A stretch of 52,166 nt of DNA from Chiloscyllium plagiosum (GCF_004010195.1 NC_057721.1:8434475-8486640); one strand, 5' to 3'. Positions 40,201 through 52,166 are shown, numbered from the stretch's first letter. Translations and numbers: made by a program. Notes: a model not told the origin generated them from the sequence alone.

Positions 40201-43026
40201 ACATGAATTACAACAAACATTCATTTAAAAGGTTTAACTTAAAATAAACCCTTTTAAGGTAATTGCAATCATACAATTGGCACAGTGGGAGTGCCCCTAT
40301 TTCTGGGACAAGAGGCCTTGGTTCCAAGTCCAACCTGGTGCAGAGGTGTGTCATAACATATGAACAGTTGATTCTGTCTATAACCTTCTATAACTGTTAC
40401 CCATCAGCCTACTGTTCGTACAAGTTAAGTGACAAGATTTGACAAATTACTAATTGCTTTTGTAGTGCCTTCCAGGTGAAAATAAAAACTGCAAACTTGT
40501 ATATGCAATAAAAACACCTCATTCTTTCATGTCAGAAGATTTGCTATTGATTCAGGAGCAGCATAGACATTTAAAATAATATGTGAAGGTTTAAACATAT
40601 AAAGGCCTTTTTCAGGAATAAAGGCAGAGAGCCTGAAGCGTGGAGAGATAAGCTAGAGGAGGGTGGGGGTGGGGATAGAGTAGCATAGAGTACAATAGGT
40701 CAGTGGGGAAGGAGATGAAGGTGATAGGTCAGGGAGTAAATTTTCAGTCCTCTCGACCTTGTTGATCACATCTTTGGCCATTTTTGACAGCATACCTGGC
40801 ATTCTCAACAAGTTGAATCATGACAACAACAGATGGAAGCCTGCTCTCGACTGAGATGAACAATGAAGAGGCACTGTATGAGCAGCTTCTACTGCAGGTA
40901 GGCTTTCCTAACTCACCTTGCATCCTCGTTGAAACTCAGTGCTCTCAGTATGAATATTGGGACTAGTGATGTGGATCATCGTGTTCTCGGGGTGTTTTGG
41001 AAGCTTGCGCACACCGTCCGGTCAGGTTTTACAGTTCCTGCGGTGGCAGGGGAAAGTGCCAGGATGGGAGGGTGGGTCGTGGACCTGACCAGGTAGTCAC
41101 GGAGGGAACGGTCTTTGCGGAAGGCGGAGAGGGGTGGGGAGGGAAATATATCCCTGGTGGTGGGGTCTGTTTGGAGGTGGCGGAAATGTCGGCGGATGAT
41201 TTGGTTTATGCGAAGGTTGGTAGGGTTGGATCAGTCGCAATTGGGTTAGTCTACAATGCAAAGGGAAATGCACAAATAAATTCAGGAATTGAGTAAAAAA
41301 AAATCATGGTGATTTCAACTAGCTTGATATTAATTTGGAACTAGAATTTCTCCCATGTGCACAGGACTCCTTTCTCACTCAAAATGGAAGAAGCTCAACA
41401 AATTAATATTCCCTTTTGGATCTGTTAATGGGAAGTAATCCAGAGCAGATAAGGATCTGTTATAAATTTAGATGAAACCAGATGGATTTAGATGAATTTA
41501 GGTGGACGTTTAGAAATTGTATTTAAAAACACAATTTGCACAGACATCAATTTTTCATAACCAAAGAAAATTCTAACAACTTTCATGAGGATATTATGAA
41601 CTTGAAAAATGGGTAAATAATTGGCAAATTTGGTTCAACACAAATAAATGTAAGATAGTTTGTTTGCTTGAAGAGAAAGAGGTCACTCGTTATTTGGGCA
41701 ATTTTAGTATGGAAGGGCAAATGTGTCAGTACGGTTTAGAGGGCCAAAGGATCTGTTCCTATGCTGAATTGTTCTTTGTCCTAAATCCAATCAAGAATTC
41801 AGAAGAAACATCTTCACCCAAAGATGTGAGAATGTAGAACCCACTACCATATGGAACGGTTCAAATATAGATGCATTTAAGATGAAGCTAAGCATGCATA
41901 TGAGGAAGAAGGGTAGACTGAGATGAGTGAACATGGAAGAAGGCTGAAGTGGAGCATAAACAACAGCATTGATTGATTGGGCCAAATGGCCTGTTTCATT
42001 ACTGTGTATCCAGTGCAAAATCCACAAAAACCCATTCAATACAAAAATGTTGAAAACATGACAAAGCCTTGTAGTTTTAGAGTGAAACCAATGAATCACC
42101 ATGCAAAATAAGAATTCCAAAGGAATTGTAAAAACTGAAACAACATAAAAGTATCAGCAATGGCAGCCTGCAAATTCCTTGGGTTTGAGCCAAGTTGGCA
42201 TTCCGACACCTACTACGTGGTAGGGACTGTCTCATCCTCTCTGTGTCCTGAGGGGGTTCATTCACAAAGTCCATACTTGTAGATTACTGCATCAAATGCA
42301 TAAAACTCAACGAAGTTTTTCTTGTAAAACACTCAGGAAACAATTAATGATCCACATGTACCTCTTAGATTGTGTGAAAACATATTTTAAAGGATCATGC
42401 CTTTAACACACTAAAAATTCCCCAAAGTGGCCAAATGGTTTACCTTTCATGTGTACTAACAATTATATTGTCAAACACTGCACTTTGTGCGCAACAAATT
42501 AATCTCTGGTGGATGGTGTGCTTGAGAGATTACTTCTGGTTTGCACATGCACAAAAAAGCTATTTGAAGTACCATGGGATCTTTCTGTCCATCTGACCAA
42601 GTAATAGAGTCTGATTTTAAGGGTTCATTCAAAAGGCATCACCTTCACCAATGCAGCACTTCCCTGGTACAGCCTCAGCCTGGACTGTACACTTAAATTT
42701 TGCAGGCAACTTGTATATGTAAACATCTGAAGTTCTCCCCCATTGTTCTGACCAATAATTAATTCTTAACCAACAACACCAAATCACTAATCTGGTTATT
42801 AAATTATTGCTGTTTTGGAGGTTAGTTCTTGCTTTGTTCAAACTGCCATGTTTCCTACCTTACAACACAGACCAAACCTTAAAAGTTCTCCTTAATCAAT
42901 TTAGGATGCCCCAAATTCATGAATGATAAACACCAGAGATTACAATGTTTGTAAGACTGAGTCTAAGCATGTTTTTGTGGTCAGAGTTTTATTCCAGCTC
43001 TCATATCACCAGCTTCCACCCCTAAA

Positions 43027-43335
43027 TTAGATTACATTACTTACAGTGTGGAAACAGGCCCTTCGGCCCAACAAGTCCACACCGACCCGCCTAAAGCACA
43101 ACCCACCCATACATTTACCCCTTCACCTAACACTATGGGCAATTTTAGCATGGCCAATTCACCTGACCTGCACATCTTTGGATAGTGGGAGGAAACCGGA
43201 GCACCCGGAGAAAACCCACGCAGACACGGGGAGAATGTGCAAACTCCACACAGTCAGTCGCCTGAGGCGGGAACTGAACCCAGGTATCTGGCGCTGTGAG
43301 GCAGCAGTGCTAACCACTGTGCCACCGTGCCGCCC
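43027..43335 (-). mobile_element. Young full-length HE1/V-SINE-like SINE
   Basis: Intact tRNA-like head and core. Confidence 0.88.
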
Positions 43336-43732
43336 AAATTTATTACTTGTTCCAAAAACTCATAGATACATATCTGATACACACACAGTCAATCATATTC
43401 CCAACTAATTATACTCAATTATATAACCATAACACATTCCTCATTTGCACTTGGCTGTGGGCTAGACAATACTAGATAACAACAAGTGCCGTATAAATGT
43501 AGATTCTTTCTCAACAATTGAAAATAAATCTTACAATTTTCCCGTATACATTTAGTATTTTGTGATTTTTGAGAGAAAATATTGTTTATGCCGCAAAATG
43601 AATTTAGCCTTTACTGAAACCAAACTCGATGTCACACAAAATAATCAAACATGGAATTCTGCTCACCTTTTAAAAAAAAACCCACAAAGCTTGGATCTAC
43701 TTGCTTGTTAGATGAAGTAGCAACAAAACTGT

Positions 43733-44068
<336 letters not shown>

Positions 44069-45787
44069 CTAGTGACATTCAACAGGTCAGGCAGCATTTG
44101 CGGAGAGATAAAACAGTTAATAATTCAGGATCCTGGCAAAAGGCTATGAGGTGCAGGAAAGGAAAAGGGAGAGGGGCTATCCATGCTAAAAGGGGAAGTT
44201 ATATCTTTCCCTTTTGGCCTATCCCTGCCCCCGCCTGGCCTTGTACTTGCTTTAAAGTTTCTCAGCTTCAACATCTTCCATTTACAATGGAAGTTCATCG
44301 ACTCAAAAGGTTAGCTTGATTTCTCTTCTGACAGATGCTGCCAGACCTGCTGAATATTTCCAGAACGGTTGAACAAGTTGGTAAACTTCAAAACAAAAAA
44401 TGATTTTACGGAAAGTGGAATTTCTAGTTTGTCATCATTTTTCATCAAGCATCAGGTTTCAGCAGGTGATGACAAAAACATCACAGAATATTGCAAAACA
44501 GTTGAACCTAAACAGATCCATTATTGATAAAGGTAAATCTCATTACTTATTGAGACTGATGTTGAGCACTGTATTTGTCCATTTATATATCTTACCGATT
44601 TATTTCGTAATACATTATCAATTCAAAGATCAATCACACTAACGGCGCCTACACCAGCACTTTGTTTCATAAACTATGGTGATGGCATAGTGGTAATGCA
44701 GAGACTCTAGTTAATGGTATGTGGATACAAATTCAAATCCCACCACGGCTGGTGGTGGAGCTTACGTTTTTAAAACCGGGTTTGTGGCACAGAAATAGTG
44801 ATCCATCTCTGAGCTAGGAGGTCCAGGTGTGAATCCCACTTGCCTCATACATATGTCATAACATGTCTGAATGGCCGATTTAAAAAAACAACAGCATTTT
44901 CATTCTAATCTGCAGCACACTACTCCAAAGTAACTGGAAGAACAGCATACAGACAAAGAGAACTGCAATAAAGATTTCAAATCCAAATTTTAAAAAAACT
45001 CTTCAGCTAAAAAGGACTTGTTCTCTTGAGATTTTCTTCAACAGCAGTCTTCAAAATATTGTTCTACCATCAGCTATTCACTAACAGATTCCTCTCAGAT
45101 ACATGTGAAATAGCTCCATAGACCTCATTACAATCACTACACATGTTCATTCATACAAAATACATTAAGGTTAAAGGTATGGACAAGACAACCCATCTCT
45201 GTGTTCCTGGAGTTGGGGAGGAATGAGACCAAGGGGGGATGTAGGGGTGGGGGAGGGGGATCATGGAAGGGAATGGAAAGAATCTCCCATTAGCTTAGTT
45301 GAGAATTGTACTTCTCAGTGAAGTACTGAACCATACAGATTAAGACAGTCCCAGGTTCAATCTTATATTGAATTAGAACCTTACAGGGGCCATTGCAAAA
45401 AGCTCTGTTCACCTGATTTACTTATTCACTGTCCAATGAGTCCTGTAGAACAAAGTGCCTCAATCCACGGTCAAATAGCCTTCCAACATTTACAGTCCCG
45501 GAGAACGGTTAAGTTGTTAAACAGTTAGAGAAGCCAGCACCCTCAGAACCCTGGCCAGAATAAGTTAATACTTTCATGGAAGGAGCGGTAAAGTGAAGAG
45601 AACAGCAATGAAATCATCCACAGGAGAGAGCAGTATGAAGTACTTCACATTGGATTTCTCCCTCGTGCAATGTTTCCTCCTGATGTGAACGCAGATAAAA
45701 GCAAATTAATGGTGCTTTGCTGAATTATTCCATTGAAATGTTTACAGCTAGGTATTTCTCTTAATGAACAACATTCAAATCTTCTCA

Positions 45788-45976
<189 letters not shown>

Positions 45977-48236
45977 TCAGACATGCATGTACAATATAGT
46001 CATGATTAGCGCAAAACACCAAGATTTATACTTGGATAGGAGCCAAATAGTTGCATGTATTGTTGCTACATAAGCTGCACAATGTACAATTTCAGAATAA
46101 TTACATTCAGTTCTATTAGGTCCTTATAAGGCGTTAACACCTGGGATGGGAGGAATGGGATGGTAATCAAGGCTCACCACTTTATGAGTTGGACCATTAG
46201 TCCAAATAGTGGTAAAACAATCTTGCGATCTACACAATAAATTTCATTACACAAAAACAGTTGATTCACACTGTGCAGCCTAATGTCAAATGTGGGGATG
46301 AACAGTTGCAAATGAAGTTTGCTTTAGCAGCATTGAAACTCTGTTTCAAAACAGCAAACAGCCATTGTCTTGGAGACTTGGATTAAGAGCATCAGCCGAA
46401 CACCGGACCAGCTGACTGCAGCAGAGAGTTGGGCTGTGGGTTGGATTGTTGAGATGTTGCTTTCTGGACCTATTTGATGAGTAATTCAGATTTGTGAAAC
46501 TAACTTTCCTTTATGTTGTGGTGGTATCAATGAAACTGTAAAGTGGTACATTTAAACTTCAAATACTCATAGAATCATATACTGATACAGCACAGAAAGA
46601 GCTCATCAGTCCATTATTTCTTCTCCAAATATTTGGTAGAGCCAAGCATTTCAAGAATTTACCAAATTATCATAAGAATATAGGAACACTATGAAGCCAA
46701 TTAACCGCCTGTGTATATGCTGTCATTCAATTAGATCATTTCTGATCTGTGACTTCACTCTACAAGCCTTTAGCTGAACAAGATCCACCAATTTCAGTTT
46801 TAAAATTAATAGCTGGTCTGGCACCAGCTATATTTGCAGAAGAGAGTTCCAAGCGCTTATCACTCTCCCCATGAAGAAGTATTTCCTAAATTCACTGCCA
46901 GGAGGTCTGACTCTATTTTGGTTACGTCCCGAGACCTGGACTCCCCAGATAGGACTGATCAAGAGATGGACTTACCTTATCTGTTCTTCCCAATATCTTC
47001 AAAATTGCAATCAAATCATCCTTCACTTTCTAAATTCTAGAAGACACACCTCCAGGAAATGTAAGCTCTCCTTTTGGCTTAACCACTGGATTTCAGTTAT
47101 CATTCTACTGAATCTATGCTTCAATGTATTCTTCATAAAATGTGATGCTCACAGTACTCCAGGGAAAGTCTACCTAATGCTTGACAGAACTAAAGCATGA
47201 AATCAAGATGAGTAGATCTTAATGACTTCTATTAGCCTTTATAACTTTTTTTTGTTGTTGTTCATAACGTTTTAATGATCTGTGTATATGGGTTTCAAGT
47301 CCTGCTGGACTTCCACTCTTCTCTAGAATTCTGCTATTTGAAAAGAAACCTGGTGTATTCTTTTTAGGTCCAAACTGATGATCTCCTATTTGCCTGAAAA
47401 GAAATCCATTTGAGAGTTTTGGTCAATCACTTTGCAATTTTATTGTTCCATCTGCACTGCTTACCAGGCCAATCATCTTTGTGCCATCATATTATTTAGA
47501 TGTGCTTTCCCGTGCCATCATTAAGTTGTTTATAAATGCAGCAAATACAGAGGCCTTAACCTGAATCTCGTTGACATCAATGGCCACATCCTGCCCATTA
47601 TCCCAACTCTGCTCAGCTTGTCCCGTGACCAGGTTTTAATTTAATTTCAATTCCTCAAACTTGAACTTTAGATAACAGTGTCTTGTGAGGAACCTGATCA
47701 AATATCTCCTGGGTGTTCATACGAATAACAGTTATTTTGGATCTTGGACAATCAAAAGCAGAGGTGGAATGATGTTCCTGAAGAAGGTCTTTTGCCTGAA
47801 ACGTCAATTTTCCTGCTCCTTGGAAGTTGCCTGACCTGATGTACTTTTCCAGGCCACTCTAATCTTGACTCTAATTTCCAGCATCTGCAGTCCTCACTTT
47901 CGCCTATAATAAGGTGGTTGTCAGACAGAGCTGGGTCTCCCCAGTATACTATGGAACATGGCACTGTGTTTTTGAATGCGGTCAGCCAGCGGCAGAAAGT
48001 AGATGAGAAATAATACAGTCTTAAATCTAGATCCTTGGGAGACTCCAGAATCAATAGCACAGGACTGGAATGAGACATGTTTAGGATGCCTGGGAACAAT
48101 GTGTTAAATAAGAATGGAACCAGGAGAAGGCAGTCCTATCCAGCTAGACAATAGAGGATGATGTATGATAATGTCAAAAGCTGTACATAGTTAATGGTGA
48201 GATTAACCTGAGCTGTAGGGCAACACCAAATCTATT

Positions 48237-48540
48237 TTTTTCTTTTTCTTTTTTTTTCTTTTAAACCCCCACACTACCGCCTAACTGCAGTAGTGCTTAT
48301 TTTCCCCAGCACCCATGTTGTGTGTGTGCAGGTGTGAGACACAGTGAGAGACACAAGGTGTACGAATCTTTATTCAATTTCCACCACCAGGAAGAAAGGA
48401 AACACCTGAGTGGCCAGTGACAAGCAGTGCCCTTCACATCAAAGGGCAATGCTGTGTGATCAAAACAGTGAAGGGGAGGGCAGGGATTAAATCAAAATAG
48501 AGCTGGAGGGGGAAGGTAATGCTCAGGGGGAGATAATGCA
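48237..48540 (-). mobile_element. Poly(A)-tailed retroposon 3' end with 16-bp target-site duplication
   Basis: CAACACCAAATCTATT at 48221-48236 and 48541-48556; T-rich tract at 48235-48261. Confidence 0.8.
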
Positions 48541-48613
48541 CAACACCAAATCTATTGTGAGAAGCAATAATTACCAACTTTGCATGAGGTTCATCCAAGT
48601 ATTAAGAACTTAC

Positions 48614-48683
48614 ATAGGAAAGAAACGATATTATCAGATTGTGCCACGGTCCCCACCAAAGACATGTAAACAAATGGACCTTT
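48614..48683 (-). CDS. EBPL: EBPL exon 2 (KGPFVYMSLVGTVAQSDNIVSFL)
   Basis: Manual translation; ttgcag/gtaagt; 70 nt, phase-consistent. Confidence 0.92.
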
Positions 48684-49299
48684 CTGCAAGACAAAAGCAA
48701 CATGAATTTTAGTCAATGGTAATCTCCAGGATATTGATGGTGTGGGTTTCAGTGATCATAATACTGTTGATTGTCATGGGGTGATGATCAGATTCTCTCC
48801 TGTTTGTGACAGTGATTGTTTGCACTTGCGTGGCACAAATGTTAATTGTCACTTATTAATCTGAACGCTGTCCAGATCTTGTAGATATGGTCTGGGACTG
48901 CTTCAGAGTTTCTGGGATCATGAATAAAACTGAACACTGTATAGTTGCCAGTGAATAACCCCACTTCTGACAGTATGTTGGACAGAAGATCATTGAAGAA
49001 GCAGCTGGGGATAGTTGGACTTAAGACACTACCCTGAGAAACTGCTGCAGAGATGTTCAAGGCAAAATTTGGGTGCATTCCAAAGATTGCAAAGTATTAT
49101 TCAGTGAAAAAGAAAGTATGATCTAGGGACAGCACAGTGGCTTAGTGGTTAGTGCTGCTGCTTCACAGTTGCTGCAAGAGATTCTAAGGCACTACATGAA
49201 AGGGTGTCCTCGCCCAGATTTAAAGCATTTTGGGATATTCCCCAAATCCAAGAGAGATTTTATATAATTGCAAGTTATTTCTTTTCAAATAGGAACATG

Positions 49300-50335
49300 A
49301 CTTAGATATAGGTATAGGAGGTATGATCAGTAAGTTTGCAGATGATATGAAAGTTGGTGTTTTGATAAATAGTGAAGTGGAAAGTCTTAGATTATAGAAA
49401 AACGCCCATGTCACTGATCCCCGAGTTATCGACCTGCTGGTGATTAAGGGTAAGATGGATCTTGAGGAAACTATAAAAGTGTGGAAGCAGCGGACACACA
49501 TCATGCGTTACTTCCATAAGACAGAAACACCCCGACCAACAGATTTTCTCTCCAGATTCTACACGGGACATGATGTGTAAATAATGAGGGAAGTGGCAAT
49601 TGTAAAATAAATGTATTCCGAATTAGAGAGAGAGAAAAGTTGATCATATGGGCTGAACAATGTCAAATGAAATTTAACCTGTGAGGTAATTCATTTTGAG
49701 ATGGCTAATAACTCAAGGGAGTGCATGCTGAATGGTATAGGACCTTAGAAAGTACAGAGGATCAGTGGGATCTTGATGTGTGATATGGGATACTTGTCTT
49801 TCTTAATCAAGGCATTGAATACAAGGATAAGGAGGTTTGATGGATTTTTGTATAACTGTTAGTTAGGCCACAGCTGGAGCGTGTACAGCTCTGTTTGCCA
49901 CACTATAGGAAGGATGTGATTGCACTAGAAAAAGTGCAGCAGAGATTCACGAGAGGTATTGCCTCGACTGAAGCAATTCAGCAATGAAGAGAGAGACTAG
50001 GTAGGCTGTAGTTGTTTTCCTTTGGCAGATAAGACTGAGGGGTGACCTGATTGAGGTGTACAAAATTCTGAAGGGCATAGCCAGGATAAATAGGAAGAAA
50101 CTTCTCCCCTTAGTAGAGGGGCAATGGCCAAAGGACCAGATCAGGAGGTTGAGAGGGGATTTGAGGAAATATGTTTTTCCACCCAGGGCATTGTTGGTGC
50201 CATCTCGACATTTAAAAAGTATTTAGATGATCACGTGAAATACCATCGCACGCAAAGCTAAGGACCAAAAACTGGAAAATTGGACTAGAATTGATAGCTT
50301 TTTGGTTACTGGCGCGGACATGATAGGCTGTAAAA
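49300..50335 (+). mobile_element. Decayed CR1 LINE hosting the NDUFA6 retrocopy
   Basis: ISKFADD, LVRPQLE, RLRGDLIEVYKILKG motifs. Confidence 0.8.
49398..49625 (+). pseudogene. NDUFA6: 5'-truncated processed pseudogene of NDUFA6
   Basis: 49398-49580 translates [60 protein letters not shown], then short 3'UTR with AATAAA (49606-49611); no intron; embedded in a CR1. Confidence 0.9.
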
Positions 50336-50660
50336 ATCTCCGACAGCATTTTGATAAGATTTTCCTTGCGTTCCCCCCCCCCCACAGGCCACTGATATTT
50401 CTATTTCAAAATGAACAAAATAAACAAGTTTAGCGAAAAGCAGAGAATTACATTTGGAAGACATTTCGAAGATATTGGATTTGAGATCTTAACTGTTTCT
50501 ATCTATACAGACGACCCCAGATCGGCTATTTGTTTTGCTTTTTCTCAGCATTTTCTGCTTTTACTTCAGATGTCACAGCATCCGCAGTATTGTATCTTTG
50601 CATTAGACTACCGGCAAGTGTAACATAAAAGCAGGGCATGAGAACTGAACAGGGACTGAC

Positions 50661-50822
50661 CAGGGTGAAGTGCACGATGGCATCATAGAAGAGCCAACCC
50701 AGGAGTGCCCGGTCCAGCGACAGGCAATATCGCCCAAAGCTCAACGCCAGTGCCCAAGCCAGTGGCACCTGAGCGGTGCAGAGCAGTAGCGAGGACAGCG
50801 CTGCCGGACTCAGCAGCGGCAT
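50661..50822 (-). CDS. EBPL: EBPL exon 1 coding part (MPLLSPAALSSLLLCTAQVPLAWALALSFGRYCLSLDRALLGWLFYDAIVHFTL)
   Basis: Within ORF 50526..50822; WL.YDA.VHF.L motif; donor gtcagt; in-frame upstream TGA fixes the ATG; four exons total 606 nt. Confidence 0.92.
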
Positions 50823-51183
50823 TCCCTGCTCCTCGATTCGCAGATTCCGGAACCAGTCTCCTCCAACTTCTCCAGCGGAAAAGGCTCAAGCACATCCAGG
50901 AGCTTTATCTCACTCCTTAAACATCACACTTCTCCTTCCTCACTGTTTTCCAGCCTTGTTCGGGAACATTATCTGCTTCATTAGTCATCTATTCATTCAT
51001 CGAAATCAATCCAAGACGTGCAAAATTAACGAGCGCTTCTGAAAACAAAACTGCAACAATTCCGGTCGGTGAGCACCTTGCAAAGACCACAGACTCTCAC
51101 TTCTCATTGTCACCGCCTGGTGCCGAAAATCGGAATTACAGGCGCTTCATTGGAGTTCGGCACCTCCGGGCGGTCTTTGGGAA

Positions 51184-51726
51184 TTCAGGCTGAGTTTCCT
51201 GCCCCCAGTGGCGGTGTCCGGGAGTTCAGAGTGAGTTTACTCCCCTCGGTGGCGGTGCCCGGTAGTTCAGGGTGAGTTTGCTGCCCCCCGGTGGCGGTGT
51301 CCAGGAGTTCAGGGTGAGTTTGTTGCCCCCCGGTGCCGGTGTCCGGGAGTTCAGGGTGAGTTTGCTGCCCCCCGGTGGTGGTGTCCGGGAGTTCAAGGTG
51401 AGTTTGCTGCCTCCGGTGGTGGTGTCCGGTAGTTCAGGGTGAGTTTGCTGCCCACGGTGGCGGTGTCCGGTAATTCAGGGTGAGTTTGCTGCCCCCCGGT
51501 GGTGGTGTCCGGGAGTTCAGGGTGAGTTTGCTGCCTCCGGTGGTGGTGTCCGGTAGTTCAGGGTGAGTTTGCTGCCCCCCGGTGGCGGTGTCCGGGAGTT
51601 CAGGGTGAGTTTGCTGCCCCCCCGTGGCGGTGTCCAGGAGTTCAGGGTGAGTTTGCTGCCCCCCGGTGGCGATGTCCGGGAGTTCAGGGTGAGTTTGCTG
51701 CCCCCCGGTGGCGGTGTCCGGGAGTT
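51184..51726. repeat. Minisatellite, 13 copies of 41-42 bp (TTCAGGGTGAGTTTGCTGCCCCCCGGTGGCGGTGTCCGGGAG)
   Basis: Unit starts at 51184, 51225, 51266, 51308, 51350, 51392, 51433, 51474, 51516, 51557, 51599, 51641, 51683. Confidence 0.97.
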
Positions 51727-51783
51727 GACGCTGTCGAACATTCTCTGGTCTCCTCGGTGGCGGGCGGAGCTGAGCGGAGCGCG

Positions 51784-51852
51784 ATGGCCGACAGCAGCGG
51801 CGCCGAGAACCACCGCATCAAAAGCTTCAAGAACAAGGGCCGCGATGTCGAG
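51784..51852 (+). CDS. KPNA3: KPNA3 (importin alpha) first coding exon, MADSSGAENHRIKSFKNKGRDVE; gene continues beyond the window
   Basis: ENHRIKSFKNKGRDVE matches KPNA3 rather than KPNA4; Kozak gcgATGG; donor GAG|gtgagt; CpG-island context; synteny with EBPL. Confidence 0.93.
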
Positions 51853-52166
51853 GTGAGTGATCGGGGGGCGGTTAGGGCGGAGTGTGGAAGGGAGCCGGCC
51901 GCCTGACGGGGGCTTTCCGTGAGTCACCGAGGCCTCGGGGGAGCCTGGGCCGGGGATTCCTCCTCCACCGGGGACTGGGCTGGAGGCCCAGCTCGGGCCT
52001 GAGGTGCCTCCCGCGGGTCAGGATACTCCGACAGGGGCCTGTGGCCCGGCCCGCTCCAGGCCCCGCCGCCTGGGGATGGGCGGCCCCACCCGGTTCACAC
52101 CGACTCCCCGACCCCCACCCCTTACTCCCCCCACCCCCTGACCCTCACCCCCCCACCCCCTGACCC

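Larger units (their letters stand above)
50650..52166. promoter_or_regulatory. CpG island / divergent promoter region shared by EBPL and KPNA3
   Basis: High GC and CpG density; start codons 962 bp apart, pointing away from each other. Confidence 0.75.

Noticed and set aside
43046-43408. 120-aa ORF (similar one at 11111-11323)
   Set aside because: Antisense reading of the HE1-like SINE
51184-51726. CRISPR-like appearance of the array
   Set aside because: No unique spacers, eukaryotic context, no cas genes
51517-51927. Repetitive ORFs (136 aa minus, 97 aa plus) across the minisatellite
   Set aside because: Open only because the 42-bp unit is a multiple of 3; 41-bp units break the frame; not in frame with KPNA3

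Overview
Vertebrate (cartilaginous fish, most likely shark, judged from HE1/V-SINE, CR1 and Penelope repeat content) genomic DNA syntenic with human 13q14. Minus strand: 10 coding exons of RCBTB1 (29608 down to the stop at 2717; the expected first coding exon could not be found) and the complete 4-exon EBPL gene (50822-43733, 201 aa). Plus strand: first coding exon of KPNA3 (51784-51852), head-to-head with EBPL. No ARL11 ORF lies between RCBTB1 and EBPL. Introns are full of decayed CR1, Rex1-like, Tx1-like, Penelope, SINE and pogo/Tigger elements. Most notable: both CpG-rich promoters are built from tandem repeats of transcription-factor motifs (a 13 x 41-42 bp array of CTCF-like motif plus 5' splice-site consensus before KPNA3, and a ~35 bp E-box/CCAAT/GC-box array before RCBTB1). 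Also present are several palindromic Penelope-derived mini-elements carrying hammerhead-ribozyme cores, an NDUFA6 retrocopy inside a CR1 in EBPL intron 1, and a 152-bp templated copy at a probable deletion junction. All homology calls are from recognition by eye; no searches were run. Repeat boundaries are approximate.
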